Shown: positions 27,060-36,302 of the stretch, piece after piece
Layout of the letters: each line of letters opens with the position of its first letter
Numbering within the stretch: position 1 is the stretch's first letter
Source of the DNA: Minisyncoccota bacterium
Lineage (GTDB): Bacteria; Patescibacteriota; Minisyncoccia; Phycocordibacterales; SBAW01
Reading direction: 5' to 3'
NCBI GenBank assembly: GCA_035510635.1
Contig: DATKGU010000010.1
Span: 2,149 to 66,148, forward strand
Length of the DNA stretch: 64,000 nucleotides
The notes under the pieces: model-generated
Database searches by the model: none
What the model was told of the DNA's origin: nothing
Seen by the model: the letters and a program-made list of their open reading frames with translations, nothing else
Translations under genes and position numbers: made by a program

Positions 27060-28589
27060 ATGTCATTAAAAGTATTGTTTCTCCTCCTCGGTGTTGCTAC
27101 CCTACTCGGAGCAGTCATCGGGTATGTGTTTCGTTTGCTGTCGGTCGGTGCGCGCCGCAACTCTATTGAGGTAGAGGTTAAGCGCATGCTCTTGGATGCG
27201 CGCGAGCATGCCGAAAAGATAACTGCCGAGGCTGAAAGCTTGGCACGCGAAAAGCTCGCCACTGCTGAGGCGTCGCTCCAAGAAAAAGAAGAGAAGATAA
27301 CCCGTGCCGAAGACCGCGTGTTTAAACGCGAAGAAGCGCTCGACAAAAAACAAAACGATCTCGATACCGAGATTGCCGCTGTTAAAAGCAAAATCGACGA
27401 AGTAAAAAATATTAAAGAGCGCGCCGACGCTTTGCTTGGCGAGCGCGCCGAGGCGCTCGCGCAAGTGGCAGGCTTAAGCAAAGACCAAGCCAAGGAGCAA
27501 CTCTTGGCCGAGGTTGAGCGCGAGAGCGACTCCGACTTGATGATGCGCGTGCAAAAACTCGAGCGCGACGGTATGGAAAAACTCGAGCATCGCGCCAAAG
27601 AAATTTTGACGACCGCGATACATCGCATGGGCAACTCGGTTGCCGCCGACACGATGGCAACCGCGGTGACCATCCCCAACGACGAGATTAAAGGCAAGAT
27701 AATCGGTAAAGAAGGCCGTAATATAAAGGCTTTTGAGCGTGCCACTGGTTGCGAGGTTATCATCGACGACACGCCGGGCTCTATCGTGCTCTCTAGCTAC
27801 GATCCGCTGCGCCGTGCAGTGGCGCGCATCGCGCTCGAAAATTTGATACTCGACGGCCGCATACAACCGGCAAAAATTGAGGAGACTGTTGAGAAAGCAA
27901 AAAACGATGTACAAAAAATAATTAAAGAAAAGGGCGAGCAAGCTGCGTTTGAAGCAGGTGTCTTAAATCTCGACCCAAGGCTCATCTTAATACTCGGCAG
28001 GCTCCACTTCCGCACTAGCTACGGACAATCGGTATTGCAACACTCGGTAGAGATGGCGCACTTGGCCGGCATGATAGCCGAAGAACTCGGTGCCAACCCG
28101 GCAGTGGCGCGCGCCGGAGCATTGCTCCACGACATTGGCAAAGCGCTCGACCATGAGGTGCAAGGCACGCACGTTGAGATAGGGCGCCGCGTGTTGCAAA
28201 AGTTTGGCGTAAGCGAAGAGGTGGTTAAAGCAATGCAATCGCACCACGAGGAGTATCCCTACGAGACACCGGAGAGCGTCATTGTGCAGGTTGCCGATGC
28301 AATATCGGGCGGCCGCCCCGGCGCGCGCCGCGATAGTGTCGAAAATTATCTCAAACGCCTTGCTGACATCGAGGAAATTGCCAATTCGTTTACCGGCGTC
28401 GAAAAATCGTACGCTATTGCAGCCGGCCGCGAGGTGCGCGTGTTTGTAAAACCCGACGAGATGAGCGATTTTGCCGCTCGCGAGCTCGCACGCAACATCG
28501 CCAACCGCATCGAGAGCGACTTAAAGTATCCCGGAGAGATAAAAGTGCTTGTTATTCGCGAAACTCGCTCGATAGAATTTGCCCGCTAA
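27060..28589 (+). CDS. rny: Ribonuclease Y
   Basis: TM anchor, coiled coil, KH (GKIIGKEGRNI), HD (LLHDIGK). Confidence 0.97.
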   Translation: MSLKVLFLLLGVATLLGAVIGYVFRLLSVGARRNSIEVEVKRMLLDAREHAEKITAEAESLAREKLATAEASLQEKEEKITRAEDRVFKREEALDKKQNDLDTEIAAVKSKIDEVKNIKERADALLGERAEALAQVAGLSKDQAKEQLLAEVERESDSDLMMRVQKLERDGMEKLEHRAKEILTTAIHRMGNSVAADTMATAVTIPNDEIKGKIIGKEGRNIKAFERATGCEVIIDDTPGSIVLSSYDPLRRAVARIALENLILDGRIQPAKIEETVEKAKNDVQKIIKEKGEQAAFEAGVLNLDPRLILILGRLHFRTSYGQSVLQHSVEMAHLAGMIAEELGANPAVARAGALLHDIGKALDHEVQGTHVEIGRRVLQKFGVSEEVVKAMQSHHEEYPYETPESVIVQVADAISGGRPGARRDSVENYLKRLADIEEIANSFTGVEKSYAIAAGREVRVFVKPDEMSDFAARELARNIANRIESDLKYPGEIKVLVIRETRSIEFAR

Positions 28590-28698
28590 TACCCTAAGGC
28601 CGCTTTTTTGCTATCCAAATGGCTCTATTGCGCGGTTTTTGAGGGGTTGTATACTAGTCGCACAGGGCTTGTTCTATTAGTTACTAGTTATTAACCTT

Positions 28699-28971
28699 AT
28701 GAATAAGCAAGATATCGCAGAAAAGGTGCAAGGTGTGCTCGGTGGCACCAAGGCCGACGCAGAACGTGCGGTCGAGTCGATGATAGCTACTATCGTTGGC
28801 GCCCTCAAAAAGAACGAGGAGGTATCTATCGCGGGCTTGGGCATTTTTAAGACCAAGATGCGCGCCGCTCGCACGGCACGCAACCCTCGCACCGGCGAGG
28901 CAGTGCACGTGCCTTCGATGCGCGTACCGAAGTTCCAAGCCGCAAAAGCGCTTAAAGAGGCAGTCAAGTAG
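28699..28971 (+). CDS. hup: DNA-binding protein HU
   Basis: MNKQDI...GLGIF...ARTARNPRTGE. Confidence 0.96.
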   Translation: MNKQDIAEKVQGVLGGTKADAERAVESMIATIVGALKKNEEVSIAGLGIFKTKMRAARTARNPRTGEAVHVPSMRVPKFQAAKALKEAVK

Positions 28972-28992
28972 CTTTTCTATCCTCTCGAGACG

Positions 28993-29020
28993 AAAAAACC
29001 CGCCACCAGGCGGGTTTTTT
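28993..29020 (+). terminator. Intrinsic terminator
   Basis: AAAAAACCCGCC-ACCA-GGCGGGTTTTTT. Confidence 0.85.
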
Positions 29021-29142
29021 CGTTGTTGTTTGCAGTTGTTTGCAATTGAACCCTTTTAGTTGTATTGTCCTGCACGGACATAGTGTCCAAGGGCCTTAAG
29101 GTCCTTTCCCTTCGGGGAGAAGCTCTTTGAAGGAAGGCTACC

Positions 29143-29700
29143 ATGTTGGAATCGTTCACGCTGTCCCGCTCTCATCTCGCGGCACTTGAGAAGCTGTGCC
29201 TTGCACGACTTGCCGAAATGCCCATTGGTGATGCCTATGGCAAGATCGTAGCAGATGCATTACTTGAGGGCGCAGCTCACTTTGGAATCGATGAAAATTC
29301 CTTAGTAAAACGCGCCGAGTGTGCGTTGCGCCTGATTAAGAAAATTAATACTCTGCAACATAGAAAAGTGGGGAATCTTCGGTCGTTGCCTCAGACTAAG
29401 GGCGCCTTGTGGGAAGCACTTTTGTATGCGTGGCGCAAAACGCAAGACGGTATAAAAGAAGAAACCTTTGCACGGGGTCTACTTGAAACAACTTGCTTCG
29501 ACCATGAGGAGTATAAGGCGCTGGGGAACATTCTGCGCGAAGTTCGTGGTCAATGTAATTTCCCATTCAGAAAGGTTGCGCGTCTGCTGAGCTTGGCTCA
29601 AACAGGCTCAAACGAGATGGCGATTCATTTCATGAGTAAGGAGTTTGCCGTGCAGTTGAGTCCCGCAGCTCTTGCTCGGTTTGGAAAACAAAACGTGTAA
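29143..29700 (+). CDS. Orphan hypothetical protein
   Basis: 185-aa ORF; AAGGAAGG SD; terminator at ~29707-29732. Confidence 0.65.
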   Translation: MLESFTLSRSHLAALEKLCLARLAEMPIGDAYGKIVADALLEGAAHFGIDENSLVKRAECALRLIKKINTLQHRKVGNLRSLPQTKGALWEALLYAWRKTQDGIKEETFARGLLETTCFDHEEYKALGNILREVRGQCNFPFRKVARLLSLAQTGSNEMAIHFMSKEFAVQLSPAALARFGKQNV

Positions 29701-29765
29701 TGCCTGAGTCCGCGCAATGCGCGGACTTTTTTATATGCATTAGCGTCTAATTGAACATTAATTTG

Positions 29766-29836
29766 TGCGGGCGGCGGGAATCGAACCCGCTCTGACTGCT
29801 TGGAAGGCAGACGTCATACCGGTAGACCACACCCGC
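29766..29836 (-). tRNA. tRNA-Gly(TCC)
   Basis: Cloverleaf GCGGGTG...CTTCCAA...GGTTCGATT. Confidence 0.93.
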
Positions 29837-30500
29837 ATTGTTTTACCACCTCATCTTGCCATGCTTGTATCTTTCTCGCAAAAAACTTTCCAAGTTTTTT
29901 ATTACCTAAACCATTGACTCCCAAATGAGCCGTCCCATAAGGGAGCTTGCCCCGATTACGAGCCTTTTTGTTCGTACGTATGTCTATATACGTTTTTCTA
30001 AATTGGCTTCTAGGAAGAGTAGTCGTTGACGACCAAAATTGCAAACTTTTTTTAATGTCTGTATCTGGATATAGGTGCAACTTAATAATGAAATTTTCTT
30101 TCGGGACACCAAGAGACAGAAACCAGTGCATCATCAATTTAAGAACTTTCGGGTCCGAATTGGTAATACGTGTTATATCACAGGTTTTAGCTCCTTCCCC
30201 CATGTATAAACCGACCCCCAACATAAAAAGGTCTCTCCTAGTAATGACACCTATGTCTTTTATTGCTTCTCGTTTTGCCTCTTCGATGGACTGACGTTTA
30301 ATTTGAGCTTTTTTCTCCCCCGAAGCCGCACGAGCTTTGCCTATGGAAAATATTGTCTCTTTGTTGGGAGTATATGGCACCTGTCCTAACCATGCGCTCA
30401 GTGTGCCTTTTCCTATGCCTGTTTTTAGCGAAATATATGAATAGGAATAACCGGCCTGCCGGAGTTTTAATACCTCATTTTTCTTAGAAATAGGGAGCAT
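29814..30500 (-). CDS. HTH plus LAGLIDADG-like protein overlapping the tRNA
   Basis: LRQAGYSYSYIS...TLSAWL HTH; GLYMGEGAK...ITNSDP motif. Confidence 0.7.
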   Translation of the reverse strand: MLPISKKNEVLKLRQAGYSYSYISLKTGIGKGTLSAWLGQVPYTPNKETIFSIGKARAASGEKKAQIKRQSIEEAKREAIKDIGVITRRDLFMLGVGLYMGEGAKTCDITRITNSDPKVLKLMMHWFLSLGVPKENFIIKLHLYPDTDIKKSLQFWSSTTTLPRSQFRKTYIDIRTNKKARNRGKLPYGTAHLGVNGLGNKKLGKFFARKIQAWQDEVVKQCGCGLPV

Positions 30501-30569
30501 TTTTATATTGTAATACTACACAACCATACAAGCAATGTTCAAATTATAAAATAAAGGTATACTTTGGTT

Positions 30570-31733
30570 ATGGAGTTTTTCAATTCTTTGCCAAGACTCT
30601 TCCACACATTCATCCTCAGCTTGGCGTTGTTTATACAAGTGCTTATAGGAGCCGCAACCAACCATACTGTTGTAACTGTCTCCCCTCCTACCCTGCCCCA
30701 ATCGGCAGCGACGACTTCCCTACCCGTACCTCCTACCAAAACGGCCTCAAGCACCCCCTCAAAAGTACCCTCAAAAACAAATATCGCAGCAGTTTCTTCG
30801 ACCAAAGCAACAAAACCCGTTGCAACTGCTGTCTCCACTCCACCTGCCCCTATTATTCAAGCAACTCTTCTCCCTCTCGACCAACTCAACACACAAACGC
30901 GGGCCTCGTTGGTAAACATCCTCTGTACCACCAAAGCGGGCGGCTCTTTCGAACCCATATCAGGCAGCGGTGTCATTGTAGACACCCGCGGCATCATACT
31001 CACCAATGCACATGTCGGACAATTTTTCTTGCTTACCAACTACGGCAGCACAGGAAATGTGCAGTGTGTCGTACGCACCGGTAGCCCCGCTACCCCCACA
31101 TATACCGCCGAGCTTTTGTATCTCCCGCCTGCATGGATAGAAGCCAACGCATCGCAAATTACTTCGCAACAGGCGGTTGGCACCGGCGAAAACGACTACT
31201 CGTTTTTGCTCATCAGCGGCCCTGTGTCATCCAGTGTTCCCTATCCATCGGCCTTCCCCGCTCTTACGATGAGCACCACCGACCCCAGCATTAACACCAA
31301 CGTGTTTCTTGCGGCATATCCGGCAGGATTTTTGGGCGGGACAACTATACAAACTAATTTGTATGCCTCATCGGCGCTCAGCACCGTGCAAGCGCTCTAC
31401 ACGTTTAACGATCCATCCCAAGTCGATCTTGTTTCGCTTGGCGGCACCGTCGTTGCACAGAGCGGCTCATCAGGAGGAGCGGTTATCAATGCTGCTACCG
31501 GAAGCCTTATAGGGCTTATCACTACCGAAACGCAAGGCACCACCACTGCTTCGCGCGATTTAAACGCTATAACGCTCGCACACGTCAACCGGAGCCTCAC
31601 CGCGTTAGGACAAGGCGGTATCACCGGTATTCTTACAGGAGATGTATCTCAAAAGGCAAATAATTTTAATGCCACCATTGCGCCAAGCGAAACTCAAACG
31701 CTCGAAGCAGTGCTTAATAAAGCTTCTAATTAG
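30570..31733 (+). CDS. Secreted or anchored trypsin-like (S1) serine protease
   Basis: GSGVIV, LTNAHV, DYSFL, SGSSGG triad; Thr/Pro linker. Confidence 0.88.
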   Translation: MEFFNSLPRLFHTFILSLALFIQVLIGAATNHTVVTVSPPTLPQSAATTSLPVPPTKTASSTPSKVPSKTNIAAVSSTKATKPVATAVSTPPAPIIQATLLPLDQLNTQTRASLVNILCTTKAGGSFEPISGSGVIVDTRGIILTNAHVGQFFLLTNYGSTGNVQCVVRTGSPATPTYTAELLYLPPAWIEANASQITSQQAVGTGENDYSFLLISGPVSSSVPYPSAFPALTMSTTDPSINTNVFLAAYPAGFLGGTTIQTNLYASSALSTVQALYTFNDPSQVDLVSLGGTVVAQSGSSGGAVINAATGSLIGLITTETQGTTTASRDLNAITLAHVNRSLTALGQGGITGILTGDVSQKANNFNATIAPSETQTLEAVLNKASN

Positions 31734-32592
31734 TGCACCAGCGGGCAAAAATACCCGCAGGCAAAAGGCGACCACCGCCTTTTTCTTCTATCGTTAACTC
31801 ACCATAGTCCACTTCGCCGCCCCACTTTTCTTTAAAATTTGCGAGGTTGTAGGCAAATGCGAGCGGAGAGTATCCTTCGGCATAGCCGTTAATCAATACA
31901 AAAAGAGGTTCGTTGCTCACAAGCTCGCGGCACAATTGTATAAGTTCGAGTAAATTTTCTTCAATCTTCCACAACTCTTTTTTAGGACCATGACCAAAGG
32001 CCGGAGGGTCCATGATAATCGCGTCGTACTTTGCGCCTCTTTTTATTTCGCGTTTTACAAACACCAACACATCTTCGGTTATCCAACGTACTGGTTTGTC
32101 ACTAAACCCAGAGAGTGCGGCATTTTCGCGAGCCCATGCCACGGCAGTTTTTGAGCTATCCACATGTGTCACCTCTGCACCTGCCTGTGCCGCAGCAAGT
32201 GTTGCACCCCCCGTGTATGCAAAGAGATTGAGTACTGAAGGCGCTGAGCGAGAGGCAATCAGAGCCGAAAGCCACTCCCAATTGGAAAGTTGCTCGGGAA
32301 AGAGCCCCGTGTGTTTAAACGATGTTGGCTTTATCAAAAACTGCAATCCGCCAAACTCTATGTGCCACTCTTTTGGCAACTTCCCTGTCCACTTCCCTGC
32401 CTCGCCACCTTCCCTTACGTACGAGCCATCTGCACTCCTCCATGTTTCATATGAAAGCTTTTGCTCCCACAAAGCCTGTGGATCTGGTCGTGCAAGTGTT
32501 ACATCGCCAAATCTTTCAAGCTTCTCTCCCCTGCCCGAATCAAGGAGTTCATATTGGCTCGCTGGTTTTGTAATAAGCGTGATGCGATTCAT
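31726..32592 (-). CDS. Class I SAM-dependent methyltransferase (RlmI/RlmK-like)
   Basis: KHTGLFPEQ, VLNLFAYTGG, DPPAFG. Confidence 0.88.
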   Translation of the reverse strand: MNRITLITKPASQYELLDSGRGEKLERFGDVTLARPDPQALWEQKLSYETWRSADGSYVREGGEAGKWTGKLPKEWHIEFGGLQFLIKPTSFKHTGLFPEQLSNWEWLSALIASRSAPSVLNLFAYTGGATLAAAQAGAEVTHVDSSKTAVAWARENAALSGFSDKPVRWITEDVLVFVKREIKRGAKYDAIIMDPPAFGHGPKKELWKIEENLLELIQLCRELVSNEPLFVLINGYAEGYSPLAFAYNLANFKEKWGGEVDYGELTIEEKGGGRLLPAGIFARWCTN

Positions 32593-32614
32593 ATAGTTCT
32601 TTTTATCCACAACT

Positions 32615-32688
32615 TGGTCGGGGCGCCGAGAATCGAACTCGGTCTAACTGCTCCCAAAGCAGACGTACTACCGGTATACTACGCCCCG
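32615..32688 (-). tRNA. tRNA-Pro(TGG)
   Basis: CGGGGCG...TTTGGGA...GTTCGATT...CCA. Confidence 0.93.
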
Positions 32689-32745
32689 ACCAAACGGTTG
32701 ATACTACTCCGTACTCAGTATAGTATCCTATGTCCTTTATAACTC

Positions 32746-33126
32746 CTAAAGGACAATGTTCTCCATAAGTTCCACACGCGCTTTATGACTCGTAAAATTG
32801 AGATACACACAGGCCAACTCTATCTGCCACGCCTTAGACTCTGGCACCTTATGTTGCAAAAGATAGGTCTGTATCGCCCGATGGAGCCGCTTTAGTTTGT
32901 TTGCATGAAAGTTCTCTTCCGGCCGCACACCGTTACCCGAAAGGTTTTCACATGTAACGGTCTTTACCTCGACAAAACTAAGAATATTGGCCTTTTCTGC
33001 CACTATGTCTATCTCGCCCCACGGCTTAAGGTAATTTCTCTCCACCACCCTATATCCTTTATTTTCAAGGTATTTACAAGCTACATCCTCACCTATGTCC
33101 CCCTTGCGCCTTTTTTCTGTTTTCAT
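32746..33126 (-). CDS. yraN: YraN family endonuclease
   Basis: GDIGED, ERNY, GEIDIV, FVEVKT. Confidence 0.92.
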   Translation of the reverse strand: MKTEKRRKGDIGEDVACKYLENKGYRVVERNYLKPWGEIDIVAEKANILSFVEVKTVTCENLSGNGVRPEENFHANKLKRLHRAIQTYLLQHKVPESKAWQIELACVYLNFTSHKARVELMENIVL

Positions 33127-33290
33127 GTGAAAAGTGTTTCATGTGGCACACTTTTGCCTATAATTCATGTATTCTACATAAAGGACTGCCTTTAAACCCT
33201 TTTAGACATGTCTTTTATACACCTTTCCACAGAGTTATCCACACATACAGGCTTTTCTCTTTGTTTTGCAACAAATTTTTTATCCCCAAT
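33119..33290. promoter_or_regulatory. parS-like sites and DnaA-box cluster (oriC candidate)
   Basis: TGTTTCATGTGGCACA 33135-33150; TTTCATGTGAAA 33121-33132; TTATCCACA 33235-33243; TTATCCCCA 33280-33288. Confidence 0.45.
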
Positions 33291-33336
33291 CTAGCTGTCT
33301 TTTACCTTTTGTTTCAAAGAGAGAACTAAAACACTG

Positions 33337-33407
33337 TGCGGATAGGGAGAATCGAACTCCCACCTCGTCCTTGGCAAGGACGCGTCCTACCATTAAACAA
33401 TATCCGC
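33337..33407 (-). tRNA. tRNA-Gly(GCC)
   Basis: GCGGATA...TTGCCAA...GTTCGATT. Confidence 0.93.
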
Positions 33408-33486
33408 GAGCTTCAAACCTGCTTACGAACACACGGAAATAGTATATCTTATTTTCTTAATATCACCAGCGCTTATGTATATAGTG

Positions 33487-33558
33487 TGCTCTCGGAGGGA
33501 TTCGAACCCCCAACAACTGCTTCGAAGGCAGCGATGATATCCATTTCACCACGAGAGC
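33487..33558 (-). tRNA. tRNA-Arg(TCG)
   Basis: GCTCTCG...CTTCGAA...GGTTCGAAT. Confidence 0.92.
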
Positions 33559-33619
33559 CTGCAAGGCAATAGTATCTCTAAACACAGCAAAGCTCAAAAC
33601 ATCTGCTAGAATTGAGCGG

Positions 33620-35095
33620 ATGCCGCTTTTTAAAGAACACATACCAAAAGAGGTTTTACGTGTAACCGAAACCTTGGAAACAGCCGGCCACGAGGCTTGG
33701 ATTGTGGGCGGATGTGTCCGTGACCTGTTTTTAGGGCGCAAACCTAACGATTGGGATGTTACCACCAACGCCAATCCAGAGCAGATACAAGGACTGTTTG
33801 AAAATACCTTCTATACCAACGAATTTGGCACTGTAGGGGTCGTAAACGACTCTGTAGAAGACGAAACTATAAAGGTGATAGAAGTGACCCCTTACCGGGT
33901 GGAAGGGAAGTACAGCGACGCTAGGAGGCCCGATAGCGTTATTTTTAGCACTCACATAGAAGACGACCTTAAAAGACGAGACTTTACTATCAACGCATTG
34001 GCCTTTAACTCTCAAAAAGGAGATCTTCTTGACCTTTACGACGGCATAAAAGACATACAGGCCGGCATTGTACGGGCAGTGGGGGAGCCTGAGGAGCGTT
34101 TTGGGGAAGATGCCTTGCGTATTTTGCGCGCAGTGCGCATAGCCGCAGAGCTCGACTTTGCTATTGAAGAACAAACACAACTCGCGATGGGGAAGAGCGC
34201 CTCTCAATTGGCAAAGATATCCAAAGAGCGTATCCGGGATGAATTTGTGCGCATTCTCAACTCACCCCAGCCCAAAAAAGCCCTTATTTTGAGCCATAAT
34301 TTGGGTATATTGCAGTATATGTCACCAGAGCTTGAGCAGGGGATAGGCATCGACCAAAATCAAGCCCACTCGTATGATGTCTTTGAGCATAATCTGCGCT
34401 CTTTGCAGCATGCGGCCGACAAGGGATGGAGTTCCGAGGTTCGTTTGGCGGCGCTGTTTCATGACGTGGGTAAGCCTAAGAGCCGCCGCTGGTCTGAGGA
34501 AAAACACGATTGGACCTTCCACGGCCATGAGGTTGTGGGTGCCCGGATGGTCACAAAAATCCTTGAAGACCTAAAGTTTCCACGTGAAACTATCGATAAA
34601 ACCGAAAAGCTAGTCCGCTGGCACATGTTTTTTAGCGATCCGGACAAGATAACCCTCTCGGCCGTGCGACGCATTGTGGCCAACGTAGGCAAGGAAAACA
34701 TAGACAACTTGGTAAAACTGCGCATGTGTGATCGCATTGGCACCGGGCGGCCCAAAGAACAGCCGTTTCGCTTCCGTAAATATCAAGCCATGATAGAACA
34801 AGCTCTGCGCGACCCTATCTCAGTAGGGATGTTAAAGATAGACGGCAGGGGATTAATGGAGGTAACGGAGGAGAAACCGGGCCCGCGCCTTGGTTGGATA
34901 TTGCATGCACTGCTTGAGGAGGTGCTTGATGATCCCGCAAAAAACACCAAGGAATATATGGATTCTCGGGCCATAGCGCTCTCAAAACTTGATGACAAAG
35001 CGCTGAGTGGACTTGGGGAGGAGGGCAAGGAACGCAAAGAAGAGGCCGAGGAGGCCGACATAAAGGACATACAAAAGAAGTATTTTGTTGATTAA
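33620..35095 (+). CDS. cca: CCA tRNA nucleotidyltransferase with HD domain
   Basis: VGGCVRD, DWD, RRDFTINA, EDALRILR, LFHDVGK. Confidence 0.93.
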   Translation: MPLFKEHIPKEVLRVTETLETAGHEAWIVGGCVRDLFLGRKPNDWDVTTNANPEQIQGLFENTFYTNEFGTVGVVNDSVEDETIKVIEVTPYRVEGKYSDARRPDSVIFSTHIEDDLKRRDFTINALAFNSQKGDLLDLYDGIKDIQAGIVRAVGEPEERFGEDALRILRAVRIAAELDFAIEEQTQLAMGKSASQLAKISKERIRDEFVRILNSPQPKKALILSHNLGILQYMSPELEQGIGIDQNQAHSYDVFEHNLRSLQHAADKGWSSEVRLAALFHDVGKPKSRRWSEEKHDWTFHGHEVVGARMVTKILEDLKFPRETIDKTEKLVRWHMFFSDPDKITLSAVRRIVANVGKENIDNLVKLRMCDRIGTGRPKEQPFRFRKYQAMIEQALRDPISVGMLKIDGRGLMEVTEEKPGPRLGWILHALLEEVLDDPAKNTKEYMDSRAIALSKLDDKALSGLGEEGKERKEEAEEADIKDIQKKYFVD

Positions 35096-35174
35096 AGACA
35101 GGCCTATGCGGAGTTATGCACAGGTATGTCTTTTATGTCCTTTACAATGTCCTTTACGCGCGTACTATTGATAC

Positions 35175-35475
35175 CAGAGACGAGTTAAATCATTTTCGTT
35201 AAGGTCTTAGCTTTCTTGCCAAGCATAACTGAAGATGGTTGAACAATAGTTCTTTCCATCACTCAGTTGCTTGGCGTTCTGCCCTGTACGCCCTCCAACA
35301 ACCACACGCTGTACACGTGTGAGGTGCAATTTTTTAAATTCACTTTTAAAAAAGAATCGTACGCGAACCTGCAAACTTCTATAAATTTTTTGGAAAAATT
35401 GGTAACGCGTTCTGTTCGAAAAAATTGACTTAAAAGATTGGCACACAGCCCCTGACGCCTCCTGTTAGGGGCTTA
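35175..35475 (+). ncRNA. Candidate structured ncRNA
   Basis: Long hairpin ~35218-35275; promoter-like TTTACA..TACTAT upstream; terminal hairpin ~35447-35473. Confidence 0.35.
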
Positions 35476-35489
35476 ATCGTATCTACTTT

Positions 35490-36284
35490 TTATGCTAGTT
35501 CCAACACAACAGGGCAGTGGTCAGAGCCCACAACCTCGGGGAGGATTTTAGACGATTTGACCTTATTTTTAAGGCTTTTTGATACAAACCAGTAGTCGAT
35601 ACGCCAGCCAATATTGCGCTCGCGTGCGTGGGCAAAGTGGGTCCACCATGTGTAGTACCCATTACCTTTGGTAAAGAGGCGGAAGGTGTCAATAAATCCT
35701 GCAGCAACAACGTTGTCTAGCCCTTCGCGCTCTTCTTTGGTAAAGCCGTGCTCGCCCTCGTTGGCTTTAGGGTTGGCGAGATCATCCTCAGTGTGGGCCA
35801 CATTTAAATCACCGCAAAATATAACCGGCTTATGTTTCTCCAACTCCTTTATATACGCTAAAAATGCCGGGTCCCAACCGGTGTGGCGGAGCGCTAGGCG
35901 GGAGAGGTCGGGCTTGGAGTTGGGCGTGTAGCAAGTGACCACATAAAAATGCTCAAACTCAGCGGCAATAACACGGCCCTCTTGGTTTGGGTCGCCATAG
36001 CTGTCCTTTAGCTCATACTTCTCTGTAATCTCAGCAGGGAAATCATACAAAACCTCGACGGGCTCCTCCTTACAAAAGATGGCCGTGCCACTGTAGCCTT
36101 TTTTGCCTTTAGAGCTGTTCCAATACTCAACATACTCGGGCAAATTTATAACGGCTTGCCCTTGCTCGGCCTTGGTTTCTTGCAAGCAGATGATGTCGGG
36201 CTTCTGCTTTTCGACAAAAGACAAAAAAAGCCCTTTGGAGTGCACCGCGCGTATGCCGTTGACGTTCCAAGAGATAAGCTTCAT
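35490..36284 (-). CDS. xth: Exodeoxyribonuclease III
   Basis: SWNVNG, LQETK, GDLNVAH, GWRIDY, SDHCP. Confidence 0.96.
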   Translation of the reverse strand: MKLISWNVNGIRAVHSKGLFLSFVEKQKPDIICLQETKAEQGQAVINLPEYVEYWNSSKGKKGYSGTAIFCKEEPVEVLYDFPAEITEKYELKDSYGDPNQEGRVIAAEFEHFYVVTCYTPNSKPDLSRLALRHTGWDPAFLAYIKELEKHKPVIFCGDLNVAHTEDDLANPKANEGEHGFTKEEREGLDNVVAAGFIDTFRLFTKGNGYYTWWTHFAHARERNIGWRIDYWFVSKSLKNKVKSSKILPEVVGSDHCPVVLELA

Positions 36285-36302
36285 GACTGAACTATAACAA
36301 AT

